Shown: positions 13,631 through 26,145 of the stretch, in pieces
How the letters are laid out: each line of letters starts with the position of its first letter
Numbering within the stretch: position 1 is the first letter of the stretch
From: Sphaerodactylus townsendi
Taxonomy: Eukaryota
Reading direction: 5' to 3'
DNA length: 64,000 bases
Assembly (NCBI RefSeq): GCF_021028975.2
Contig: NC_059431.1
Coordinates: 62,372,001-62,436,000 of the forward strand
Made by a program: the position numbers and the translations under genes
The notes under the pieces: generated by a model
What the model was told of the DNA's origin: nothing
What the model saw: only the letters and a program-made list of their open reading frames with translations
The model's database searches: none

Positions 13631-14619
13631 TCTATATCTATAAACACGAAATACCACTGACTGACTCATTGACTCATCAAAAGAACTCAAAAACTACCGA
13701 ACCTACAAAGTTGAAATTTGGCACACCAGTTCATTATGTGATTTAGGTGCTCACTAAGAAAAGATTTTTCAAAATATTCAGTTTTACTCGAGTTATTACA
13801 CATTTACTGTTTTAACTGCTCATCTCTGGCCATCTGCACGAACATTCTAAGGGCAAACCAGCCCCTCAGTCCACAGACATGCTGCACGAACATTCTAAGG
13901 GTGACAGTTAAACACCACCAGCTTCAACAAACAGGCTGCAAAAAGCATGCTGAATGTCACCCCGAAGTTAACAAACAGGATGTGAAAAAGTACTCCTCCA
14001 CCCACCCTCACATTAACAACACCACTACAGCCAAATACAATCAAAACAGATTACCAACCACACTATCACCTTGGACTACTAAACATTTGTCGGTTTTTGC
14101 ATATGGACATCAGATTGATTACTGTGCAGACAAGTTTACTGCTGTCAGCCTCCGATCACCCTGTGCTTGGTGTTGTGCTCTGAAGTGGCAGGATGAGTCC
14201 CCAGGAATGTGCTGCAGTGGTGGTACAGTCCAGCTCCCTGCCCTTCAACCCTTCCCTGAACCTCTTCACAGCCTTCTCGGGCCATCAATAGCATCCAAAT
14301 GGCAGAACACTTCCTTTCTCTGGCATCCTGAAAAAAATACAATGGCTGCTTCCATTATTGACGCCTTTTTGAGCTACCAATTTGGTGGTGAAAAGGAAGA
14401 GAGCAATAAAACATTGCATTAGAAAAAGACAACTACAGGAAGCTGCTGCAAAATATGCGAAAACAAACCCATCAGTTCACAGACAGGCTGTGAGGAAATA
14501 TGTTGCATGTCACCCCAAGGTTCACAAACAGACTGTAAAGAAGTATGTTGAATGTCACCCCGAAATTCATAGAGAGCCTGTGATAAAGTATGCGTAGCAA
14601 AGCATGGGTGCCCTGCTAG
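13631..14619 (+). mobile_element. Helitron derivative with RepHel N-terminal fragment
   Basis: A|TCTATATCTATAAA 5' end and ...CCCTGCTAG|T 3' end. Encodes CAWCCALKWQDESPGMCCSGGTVQLPALQPFPEPLHSLL, the Helitron Rep zinc-finger-like motif. Confidence 0.88.
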
Positions 14620-14779
14620 TTCGTGATAATGAAATGGAGGCAGATACGAAGTCTTTGTTTTCAGAGTTACAAAAGGATGGTATGAAGGCTTCCAAATTAA
14701 TGTTAAATACATACGGTCAAATGACAGAATAATGTTTTATTAATAAATTTTGTCCTGAACAAATAAGAATAGAGTATAA

Positions 14780-15246
14780 CAGTACAATCCTGAGGGGGAG
14801 GAGTAGGTGAGCAGCAGTCAGGCATGGCACAGCCCCACCTCCTCCAAAGAGATTTGTTATGCCAGGACCAGCAAGAAAACAAAGAATGTTCCCTGAGGGC
14901 AGTGAAAAGCTCCAATGCAGCCCAATGGGCTTTGCCATCCTTTTTAATAGCATAAGTCTACACCAGCAAAAGGGGCATTTCCAAGCTGAAAATGCTTAGA
15001 AATGCTAAAGTTGGTTCCACCCTGGAAATGCCCCCATCGGTGCAAGCATGGGCTCTTGTACCAGAGCAGTGCTGGTTCCATGACAGCATTCACATTTGGC
15101 CATTGTGTTGCTGCTTAGCTCTCTAGCACTGGTGTAATTGCCCTGTCACTGGCATAGATGCCAATTATGTCGCACTGAGTGGCATCTATGCCAGTGCTAT
15201 GCTGCATCTAGAACCTTTTTGACCCCCCCCCCTCAGGTTTGCACTG
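14780..15246. mobile_element. MITE with 3-bp TAA TSD (Harbinger-type)
   Basis: Ends CAGTACAATCCTGAGGGGG / CCCCCTCAGGTTTGCACTG, with TAA on both sides. Confidence 0.7.
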
Positions 15247-16378
15247 TAAATTCTGCTAAGTTTATTAACAAACAAAATTAATTCTTAAACGTTAATGGGT
15301 TATTATTGTAACAATTTTGCTTGAATTGCAGTTCGAATGGTTGTTTTTGTTCTAAAGCTGATTGTTTTGGATTGTCTAACACTTTTTTAGCTACAACAAG
15401 CTGAATTAATAAGTTGCTGTCTTACTGCTGTCAAAATTATCTTAAGAAATGTACATAAATAACTTGGGGGGGTGAAAGAGAGAAGAATTTCACAATGTTT
15501 ATCTGTCATAATCCTTGATTTTTTTAAAGCAAATGTCATGTGTTTTGCAATCTTGTCATCTTTGTTAAGACATTCCTTATCTTTTCATTTCATTCTGCAA
15601 TGAAAGTAAGGAATGAAGGAGGAAATTAAAATACTGTAGTCACAGTTTGAAATGTTTTTTTTTTAAAAATGCAATGAATTATTCAAAGGACATCATATGG
15701 TTCTGCCTACTTTGCTACCATTACAGCATAAACACCCATTTCAGAACAAAACAAAAATATATTAACTGGAAAAGACAATTTTGCTATGTAAGTAAAGGTT
15801 CTGAAACACTGAAGCACAGAGAACTCAAGATCTGTGTTGGTTATGTTACCTTTAAGATCCTACATGTTTTAGAGGCAGGAACGACTATCTCTTCTCATAC
15901 TGTTCAGATCACCTGATATCTAAAGCTCACTTCTCTGTGGGTCTGCCTTCAGATGTGAGGCAAGTGGAAGATGGCATTTTCTGCAGTGGCACCTTGCCTT
16001 TGGAACACCCTCCTCCTTGCGGTTTGCCTGATGCCTACTCTACTTTCTATTGAGTGCCAGGCCAAAAAACATTGTTTTTATCCAGGATTCTAATTAGCTA
16101 GTTTATCTTATCAATTTTTAAATGGCCTGCTTCTGATTTGTGGATCGTTTTTATTGTGATTATACCTAATGGTTTACTTTTCATGACTTGCTTTTTATGA
16201 TTTGTTTCTAATGACTTGTTTTCTTATGCTGTGACTTTAAATAAATAAGTGTCCTAAATAAATATATTCCTACACAAGGAAAAAGTTCCTTTCTGTGGTG
16301 GGAGATGGGTTGGGGTATATCAAGTGATCCAGACACAAAAGCAAAGAGAAAATGCTAAGTTGCTGGGAAGAGCAGTGG

Positions 16379-16693
16379 GAGCAGCAGTGGCGTAGTGGCT
16401 AAGAGCAGTGGCTAAGAGCAAGTGCACTCTGATCTGGAGGAACCGGGTTTGATTCCCAGCTCTGTCACTTGAGTTGTGGAGGCTTATCTGGGGAATTCAG
16501 ATTAGCCTGTACACTTCCACACACGCCAGCTGGGTGACCTTGGGCTAGTCACAGCTTTTCGGAGCTCTCTCAGCCCCACCCACCTCACAGGGTGTTTGTT
16601 GTGAGGGGGGAAGGGCAAGGAGATTGTAAGACCCTTTGAGTCTCCTGCAGGAGAGAAAGGGGGGATATAAATCCAAACTCTTCTTCTTCTTCT
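16379..16693 (+). mobile_element. tRNA-derived SINE (Squam3-like)
   Basis: Same family; head contains a short tandem duplication (gtggctaagagca x2); (CTT)n tail. Confidence 0.9.
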
Positions 16694-16740
16694 TTTTTTG
16701 TGACTTCCAAAAGAAAAAGGAAGCAAATGGCTGCAGCCAA

Positions 16741-16791
16741 AAGAAGAAGAAGAAGAAGAAGAAGAAGAAGAAGAAGAAGAAGAAGAAGAAG
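16741..16791. repeat. (AAG)n microsatellite
   Basis: Seen directly. Confidence 0.95.
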
Positions 16792-19700
16792 AGAGAGAGC
16801 GCGCAACTGTTGCAAGCTCTCAGGAACAGCAATTATTGCTCCTATGCCTTCCTATGGTTACATGATGCTATTAGAATAATGTTTTTACAGGTAATAATAT
16901 TTGAAACTTTGCAGATGCAAGAGATAAAATTGCCTCACTGTTGAGCCAAGGGAAATGGAATACCTCATGATCATGATCCAGTCAGTGGGTGGAATGTAGG
17001 AAGAACCAACAAAGGTGCTGGAAACATTACACGTGTGAACAAATGAGCTTCAAATTTGGTTACTAGAATAAATATCAAGGTAAAAGTGGATCCATAAGAA
17101 AAGGGGGGGAAAGGAGGGAACGCATGGGCTCAAGAGAATGTGTGAAAACCAGGTGATAAATTGAAGCACTATGGGGTCACAACCAATGCAATAATGCCAT
17201 GTGGAAACCTGTGAGCTGAAACTGAATCCATACAAGACAGAAGTGATGATGCTAGAAGAAAAAAGCCCAGATGTCCTTGAGTGCCAGCGTGGTATAGTGG
17301 TTAAGAGCAACGAATAAATCCAAACTCCTCCTCCTTCTCTTCTTCTCCTCGTTTTCGTCTATTTAACTATGGATTGATCACATTTTATTGAATTGATTCA
17401 AGCAAAGAACTTAGGTTTCTTCCAAGATTCAGGTACTTGCGAGGAGTGCTGTAACCATTTAGGTATAATTAGTAAACTTTCTACCAACTTGGACCCTTCT
17501 ATCCTAGCCACACTCATGCTGAAATCACTGAGACACAGCAATTGAAATAGCAATTGGTAAAATGGCAATGTCTGGAGAAAGTGTAACTGGTACCTCTAAT
17601 CTTATGACATCTGTGCTGGTTGCCAATCTGTTTTCAGGCTCAAATGAAGATACTAGTATTTACTTCTAAAGCTGTTCACAGTTTGGAACTTTCACTTGAA
17701 GGACCACCACTCCTTGTACAAACACACTTACCACTTTTAACCTGCTCAGCATCTTCATTTGGAGTTGCCTTTTCTGTGGTGGAATCCACCCTGTGAAAAA
17801 GCCTCTCTAAGGAAGGGGTTGAAGAATATGTTCTCTGGAGAAGTTTCACAAACTATACAAATGTATCTAATGTGAAAAGCTTTTGGCTAATTTATTTTTG
17901 ATGTTATGCCACTTTTTTAAAATTTAATGAGCTTTCTGCTGAGCTGCGTGGCTTGACTGTGTTGTTAACTGCAGTCTTTGAGACTGCATTTTTACGGATT
18001 TTGTGTGTGCTGCTTAGAGTGGTGGTTTTAAAAACAGAGTAAAATCCAATTGTATTATAGTGATAATGCAGTGGCATGTAGTCCTGATGGCAGTGCACCC
18101 TTGCACTGTTAGAGCATTATTGCATCGGTTCTGACCACATGTTGCTTCAGTTCACCCCCTGCTCTAGGATCTCCCATAAAACCATAGAATTTTGAAGGAA
18201 TTCTACAGGAATTCACCAATGTGGTAACAGCACTTCCATTTGTGCTGGAAGTGACACTGCACTATCAGCATGGTGTCATTATGCCATCCCTGTCCCCTAT
18301 CTCTTCCACTAGTTGCCAGTCAATGGCTAGCAATTCTAAGCCTAGTTGAGGGCCCAAAGCAGGGTTATGACTGGTTTGGCCAAGCCAACCAAACTGAAAA
18401 AAAATTGAATTCTAAAGCAATAACAGTTCATTTCAAAAATGAAATCAATAGCAAAAGTTGTATTATATTATTTGGTGTAAAACATAGCTTGTGAGAAGTA
18501 AAGTAAGTCTAGGAGCTTGATCCTGATTGAGTTAGGATTGCCAACTCTGCCTTGGAAAATTCCTGCAAACTTTGGGGCAGTGTTGAAGAAGGCGGAGTTT
18601 GGAGAGGGGAGAGTGTAGATTTGATGTTATTCTAGAACTGCAGTTGAGGAAGGCGGAGTTTGGAGAGGAGATCTGATGTTATTCTAGAACTGCGGTTGCT
18701 CCTAGATTCTATGATATACCTTATAGCTCAACTTCCAAAATGGTCATTTCCTATAGGAGATCAGTTGGAATTCCAGGAGAACTACAGGTCCCATCTTGAG
18801 GTTGGTACCCTATTTACCTCTCTCTGCTTAAGAAATTCTCCACAACTTCATTGCTATATTTCACAAAAGGATTGCCAATTCAGTGACCAAAACTCTCCAT
18901 ATGTTTAAGGCAGAATTAATTTCTTCTCTTTGTTGAAGTATATGAAACATATGATATAAAGATTACTAATTCTTTATATTTTGTTTGTACCAACAGGATC
19001 TGATGTAGCTTACATACATAGAAGGAGATGAATGACAGCTTTGCAGACCTATAGCTGTGGAATAGTGGTAAAACATCTTCTTGGCATGTGGAAGGTTCCA
19101 GGTTCAATCCCCAGAAACTTCAGTTAAAAGAATATGGCGTTACGTGGTATGAAAGACTTTTGTTAGAGACCCTGGAGAGCTGCTCCCAGTCAAAATAGAA
19201 AACACTTATCTTGGATGACCAGTCTGACTCAGTGTTCATTTTATCATGCACATCAGTGTGAACCTAACCTGTAAAAAGCAGTGCAAATTTAGACAAATCT
19301 AGCTACTTGGAATAAAACAACTGCATGATACTGGTTTTTAAACAACTGAACAAAAAATGTGTCTTGGCAAGGAACATGACATCTCAATCCTAAAATCTAT
19401 TTTTCTTCCATTTAGATATTATTCTGAATTATTGTATTTTAAATTTATTGTTAAATTTTAAATATATTTTTCCTAATGAGTCTTCTATTGAATGAGTTTG
19501 CCTGAAGGTCACTGACTGTAATGAATATTCCAGTTGGCTAATGCAAGAGAGTTAACTGGCATCAAAAAGGAAGATTACTGATCGCAATCAATAATATCTA
19601 AAAAGAGCAACAGTGGGAAACTTATTATAGCTTTGATTTTTGCAAAGGCATTGGGAATGCCCTGTGATTTTAGGGGGAAGGGTACTCCTTTTGAATGTTA

Positions 19701-21431
19701 ATGTGTTCTGAACACGGTTTCAGACAGGCTGCTCAATTGCTGTGACTCAGTGAAGCAGAATCTACTGAAGAGTTGCTGAGGCAGAACTGAAATCGTGGCT
19801 TGCCTCAAAGAAATGACAGAGTTGTCAGCTAATTATTTTCACTTTCAAGGTTTCTTTTCTTTTCTTTTTAAAAAGCTTGTATAAGATTCTAAACCTTTAA
19901 CAACTGATGCCAGATCTTGGGATGCTTACCTAGTTGCTTGATGCTTTAGAAAACAAATAAGGTCTTGAAGACGAAAAACCAACTAATCTGTATCTGTGGG
20001 TTAAGTTTTCTCTCAACTGGATGAAGTCATTTCTACAACAAAAACTGAGCTCTACAAATGCATAATACTGCTTATCCATGTAAAACAAATGCTTATTGTT
20101 TGTGGTAAGTACTGAAAAGAGGAGTGCCTTCTATTCTGTTAACTATAAACAAGTGCATGTTAAATATAAGAGTACCATAATGAGCCCTTCGGGGGTAGAG
20201 TGGTTAAGAAATCGAATAAATAACAATAGCAATAACAATAATGTTGATGATGAAATTAGTACCCCATGTTAATTTTTGAGGTGCTGTTTGTGTATACATT
20301 CAGAAATGTTATTTGTTTTTCAATCCACTAACATCTGACTTGCTTAAGAGGCTTCAGTATTCAGAATGTTTTCTTGCAGAATCTCTGGCAAACACATTTA
20401 TTTGGGAATAAACCCCACTGGACTCAGTGTAACTTACTTTTGAGTAAACATTGATAGGATCAGGCTGCACATGACCTCAGAAATAAAGATACATTCTACA
20501 TTCATAGAATTAAGCAAAATGCTAGACCAGTTTTCCTCCAGAACATCAATTCCTGAATGCTAGTGGATTAATGAAAAATACTTTTGAATGCCAAAATGGA
20601 AGCTTTATTCATTGTACTGTTAATTTAAATGTGCTTAAGGTTCGATTCAGAGAACCCTGATTTTGTTAGATTGTTGTCACTATCTTGATGTATGTTCAAA
20701 GATTTGTACTCTTCAAACTGCAAGAAAAGCATGTTTTCTGAGTAGTGATAGTTTAGAGATCTGAACTTTGTAAGCACAAAATAACAAAATGAGATATAGA
20801 TATAACAAACCAGATGGCTTCTATTGACGGAACTAATATCAAGGACAAGCAGTGTGATGAATCATTTCACACCATACAGAGGGCAATTGATACAATCAGC
20901 AGTTTTAAGAGCCTCATACAGAAGCTAGGATTACTGTTGCTTTTACTATGAGATTCAACATATGGAACTATTTTATTGGTATATTTGGTATTTGAGACAG
21001 ATGGATCTTATTATCTACTGAAAAGCTGAGACCTTTGCTAGAGCGTATGCTATAGGAAAACAGGATATCTCAACAGATATTGGGTAACTTGATTTCCCCT
21101 CTCTGAACAGGTGCCCCATGATGTTACAGTGGAGCTGAACCAGTAACACAGTGGTGATGTGGTAAACTGGTAAAAGTAACAGATCCAACTGTCAAGTTTA
21201 AAAAGTAAATGGAAAGGATCTGCTTGATAGAACTAAGAGCATATTTCCTTGCCTGCATGTTTAAATTAATATTCGTACAAACTAGAACAGTATATTTCTA
21301 TTCTGAAGTAAGTCTGACTATGTTTATTGGAACCTACTCCCAGTGTATATATGACGGTTATCCTAATCTATTGTCTCAGGCTTGATGGAATTATAAACAT
21401 TTACCTTCAGCAAAAAGAAAGGGTAGCATAG

Positions 21432-22470
21432 CGGTGTGGGTAGCGTGATGGCCAAGTTTGCGGATGATACCAAATTATGTAGGGTGGTAAGAACCACAAA
21501 GGATTGCGAAGAGCTCCAAGTGGACCTTGATAAATTCGGTGAGTGGGCTAAGAAATGGCAAATGCAGTTCAATATAGCAAAATGTAAAGTGATGCACATA
21601 GGGGCAAAAAATCCAAACGTCACATACACGCTACAGGGGTCAGTGCTATCAGTCACAGACCAGGAAAGGGATTTGGGCGTCTTAGTTGATTGTTCCATGG
21701 GAATGTCAACTCAATGCATGGTAGCTGTGAAAAAGGCAAACTCTATGCTGGGGATAATTAGGAAAGGAATGGATAATAAAACTGCAAAGATTGTCATGCC
21801 CTTATATAAAGCAGTGGTGCGACTGCACTTGGAGTACTGTGTTCAGTTCTGGTCGCCACATCTCAAAAAGGATATCAAAGAGATAGAAAAAGTGCAGAGA
21901 AGGGCAACAAGGATGATTGAGGAACTGGAGCACCTTCCTTATGAGGAGAGGCTGCAGCGTTTGGGACTCTTTAGTTTGGAGAGCAGACGTCTGAGGGGGG
22001 ATATGACTGAAGACTATAAAATTATGCATGGGGTAGAAAATGTTGACAGAGAGAAATTTTTCTCTCTTTCTCACAATACTGGAACCAGGGGGCATACATA
22101 GAAAATGCTGGGGAGGAAGAATTGGGACTAGTAAAAGGAAACATTTCTTCACACGACGCATGATTGATGTTTGGAATATGCTGCCACAGGAGGTGGTGCT
22201 TGCCACTAACCTGGCTAGCTTTAAAAGGGGCTTGGACAGATTTATGGAGGAGAAGTTGATCTATGGCTACCAATCTTGATCCTCCTTGATCTGAGATTGC
22301 AAATGCCTTAGCAGACCAGGTGCTCGGGAGCAGCAGCAGAAGCAGCAACAGGCCATTGCTTTCACATCCTGCATGTGAGCTCCCAAAGGCACCTGGTGGG
22401 CCACTGCGAGTAGCAGAGAGCTGGACTAGATGGACTCTGGTCTGATCCAGCAGGCTCTTTCTTACGTTCT
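21432..22470 (+). mobile_element. CR1 LINE, 5'-truncated 3' end
   Basis: ORF KFADDTKL...WQMQFNIAKCKVMHIG...ERDLGVLVD...HLEYCVQFWSPHLKKDI, plus a CR1-type 3' UTR and tail. Confidence 0.95.
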
Positions 22471-22721
22471 GAAAGGGAATAAAATTATCTGGGAAGTTAC
22501 AGATGAAAAGGCAATTCTGTTCAGAGTTGGACAAAATAACACAGCTCACCAGAAAGATACAAACATTGCTTAAGTATCACATTTGTATCCTAACTTGCAA
22601 TGGGCTTCAGCTAAAAGCAATAAATATTTTCTGGAACAACATTCTTCATAAGAGGACTGTGAATCCGGAGTTTCATAGCTGTTGAAGGGGGATTTGCATT
22701 GCAGCTCTCCTGTATCCCAGC

Positions 22722-22722
22722 T

Positions 22723-22785
<63 letters not shown>

Positions 22786-22786
22786 T
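22722..22786. repeat. (TTTA)n microsatellite
   Basis: Seen directly. Confidence 0.95.
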
Positions 22787-24050
22787 AAACCGCCCAATCC
22801 CCAAGGGGCTCTACATTATACTACATCATAATCTCATAGCATAGAAATTAATTTGTTAAAGTTGATTTTGTTGGATTTATATCCATTCCCGGAGGGCTTT
22901 GGGCAGATTACAACATAGATCAAATATTCCATAACAATAAGCATTAAAATATAAATCCTAACAATAATTTAACATTTAAGATTTCAAATTCAAAAATGTA
23001 AAAATTCCCATTAAGATCATTTATCATTTATCCTTCCCACCGTCATTTATCCTTCCCATCATCACCGGCAATCATTTATCTTTCCCACCGTCCACCCTTC
23101 CTTCCTCCTCTTCCCCCCAGGTACCAAAATATGTTACAATCATCTGACTGGCTAGTTGGGAAAGGCCTGGTGGAACAGTCATGTCTTGCAGGCCCTGTGG
23201 AATTTGTTAAAGTCATGTCTTGCAGGCCCTGTGGAATTGACATACTTCCCACAAGTCCCTGACATCACTGGACAATTTGTTCCACCAATCTGGAGCTAGG
23301 ATTGTAAAAGCCCTGGTTCTCGTTGAAGCCAGCTGGATATCCATCGGGCTGGGGATCACCAGGAGGTTTCCCTCTGACAAACGGATTGTAAGGCAATATG
23401 GGGAGATGCAGTCCTGAAGATATGCAGGTCCACTACCACTTAAGACCTTAAAGGTCAGTACCAATACTTTGAAAATGACCCAGAACTTGACAGGCACCCA
23501 ATGTAGTTGTCTAAAAACAGGTGTTATATGATCACAACTGGTAGCCCCAGTAAGCAGCCTTGCAGCTGCATTCTGAATGAGTTTTAATTTCCAGATCAGA
23601 GACAAAGGTAGGCCACATAGAGTGAGTTACGGGTAGTCCATTCTTGAATTCACCATTGCATGGACTACTGTGGCAAGGTCAGATCTAGAGAGAAATGGGG
23701 CCAGCTGCCATGCTTGTCTTGAGATGAAAAAAAGCAGTCTGGGCAGTCCTCATGATCTGGTCCTCCAATGATAAACTGGAGTCCAGAATCACGCCTAGAC
23801 TCTTGACTGATGCAGCTAGATGAATAGCTGCACTGTCCAGGTCAGGCGGCAGCCAGAAGTCCCCTCGCCCCCGCCAGGCCAGAGAACCTCTGTTTTCACT
23901 GGATTTAACTTCAGTCTGCTCACCTTCAACCAACCTGCCACAGCTTCAAAGCAATGCTGGAGAGCCTCAGGGCCAGAGTCCAGCCAGCCCTCCATCATAA
24001 GAATGAGCTGGGTGTCATTGGCACACTGATGACAATCCAAGCCCAAAGCC
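22722..24050 (-). mobile_element. L2 LINE 3' fragment with AT-rich tail
   Basis: Minus strand ANDTQL, RLKLNPVKTEVL, VKSLGVILDSSL and LIQNAAARLLTG...HITPVFRQLHWVPV. The (ATTT)n at the 3' side may be its tail or an adjacent element. Confidence 0.85.
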
Positions 24051-24789
24051 AAATTATGTTCTCTGGTTACAATTTGGCCCAGCTCTTTATAAAGAAAACT
24101 AAAAAGACTTTTCTATAGTGGGGTGATATTATTTTCCTTACTGGAGGACTGCATGAGTACTGATGGAATTCACATTCAGGCCCTGGGAAATGGCACAAAC
24201 GAAAAGGCTGAACCCCATTTTCCCTCCTGTACTGTGGTCCTGGGACAGTTTGACTCAGAACAAATATGTATAATTGAACTCTCCCATTACTGCTACTTCT
24301 TTCCTTTCTGAAAGTTTGGTCATCGGTTCCAGGAAGGCATCATAAACTCATCAGTCCGGCTTGAGGATCTCTAATAGACCCTCACAATGAGATTACCATT
24401 GTTTCTCTCCCCCTTAATTTTTACCCAGATGCTCCCAACCAGGCTTCCAGGATTTAAGTCATAGACCTGATCACAGGCATAATCATCCCAGATATATAAT
24501 GCTACTCAACTTCCTTTCCTAGTTGATCTTTTTCTTTGAAATAGGTTATACCCCTCAATTGTTACATTCCAATCATGAGACTCATCCCACCAGGTTTCAG
24601 CTATGCCTATTATTGTGTATTTGCTTTTCCGCGATAAGAGTTCAAGTTTGTCTTATTTCCTATGCTCTGTGTATTTGTGTAGAGATGTCTAAGGACATGG
24701 TTCATCCCCCTGGCAGCTTATTTAAAAAATCCCCCCCCACCCACTGTTGGATTCTTCAACTATTTGCTCAGTTTTCTCTATAACCTTCA

Positions 24790-25770
24790 GACTACTATTT
24801 ATAGCACTTGAGGAACTCCTGCTCAGTTGTATACTGTCTCCCTTCCCCACATAAGTCAGTTTAAAGCCTTCCTGATCAGGTTTATGAGCCTTCTAGCAAC
24901 AATGTTCCCAGCTACAACCAGTGTCATACCATCAATGGAGACATGGTGTATCTCATGTCCCAAGGCGCACACCATTTTGACACATGGGGAGCGCCAGGTG
25001 CCAGCTGGGTCCCCATGGCTCCCCCCCATGCCAGGGCGCTGCTTGCTGGCTGGCTGAGCTGGACACTGAGGCTGCAGGTGAGTTCCCGCCCCTTCCAAGG
25101 AGGCTGGGAAGGGCAGGAGTTGGCCCATCGGCTTGGCACCTGCCGCTGAAACCCCTCCCCGACCTCCCCGCCGGCTGGTTCCTGCCTTCCCTAGGGAGGC
25201 CAGGGAGGGCAGGGCCCTGCAGCGGGCAGCCCAGGCTGGCCACTTGGGGGCAGGAGTCGGCTTACTGTCGCAGTGCCTGCCTGAGCCACCTGTCCAGGTC
25301 GCCCGCTGCTGGGCCCTGTCCTCCCCGGGGTATTGAGGTGAGGTAGTCCAAACACTACTAGATTCAAGATGTATATAAACTACCCAAATTTACAATTACA
25401 GCTGGATAGTTTTCGTCAGGTGGGCTAGGCATAGGGAGTCTGTAGGGAGACCGGGCCCCCAGCTTCTTCAGAGACCTGCCTGCCTTGCAGACCCACAGCA
25501 GGCTCCTGGTCTGCAAAGGTGGTACGGGGGCAAGGGTGGGGGGGTACTGGCACAGAGAGTGTGGGCAGCCAGTCATGTCCCCGGACGCCATCTAGGCCCA
25601 GAATGCCACTGCCTACAGCAGTGAGGTACAATCCATCCCTTGCCAATAGTCCATCTTCATGAAATTTTGAACCATGGTCCAAGAAGCCAAAACATTCCTG
25701 GTGATACCACCTGTGAAGCCAGTTGTTCACCACCTGCCCTCTAGTATTCTGTCTATAACTGTCCATAAGC
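24790..25770 (-). mobile_element. CR1 ORF1 (esterase-like) C-terminal fragment split by a DNA transposon
   Basis: VNNWLHRWYHQECFGFLDHG...DGLYLTAVG continues as AGNIVARRLINLIRKALN* on the other side of the insertion. Confidence 0.8.
24919..25611. mobile_element. Non-autonomous hAT-like element
   Basis: CAGTG...CACTG termini, imperfect 8-bp TSD gctacaac/cctacagc, GC-rich interior, and a clean interruption of the CR1 ORF1 frame. Confidence 0.65.
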
Positions 25771-25781
25771 CATCTATAACT

Positions 25782-25807
25782 GTGGTTTCTCATCACTTCC
25801 ATTTCAG
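25782..25807 (+). promoter_or_regulatory. Candidate 3' splice acceptor of the CTXN3 coding exon
   Basis: Pyrimidine-rich tract ...tttctcatcacttccatttcAG ending at 25807, about 100 nt before the ATG and just after a CR1 fragment. Confidence 0.55.
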
Positions 25808-25836
25808 ACCATAAAGAATCTCCTAGTGTCTTCTAA

Positions 25837-26145
<309 letters not shown>

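Noticed and set aside
16545-16944. Poly-K/F/L ORFs
   Set aside because: Translations of the (AAG)n microsatellite and a SINE tail
21436-22101. Longest ORF (221 aa) as a host gene
   Set aside because: It is the C-terminal part of CR1 ORF2 reverse transcriptase
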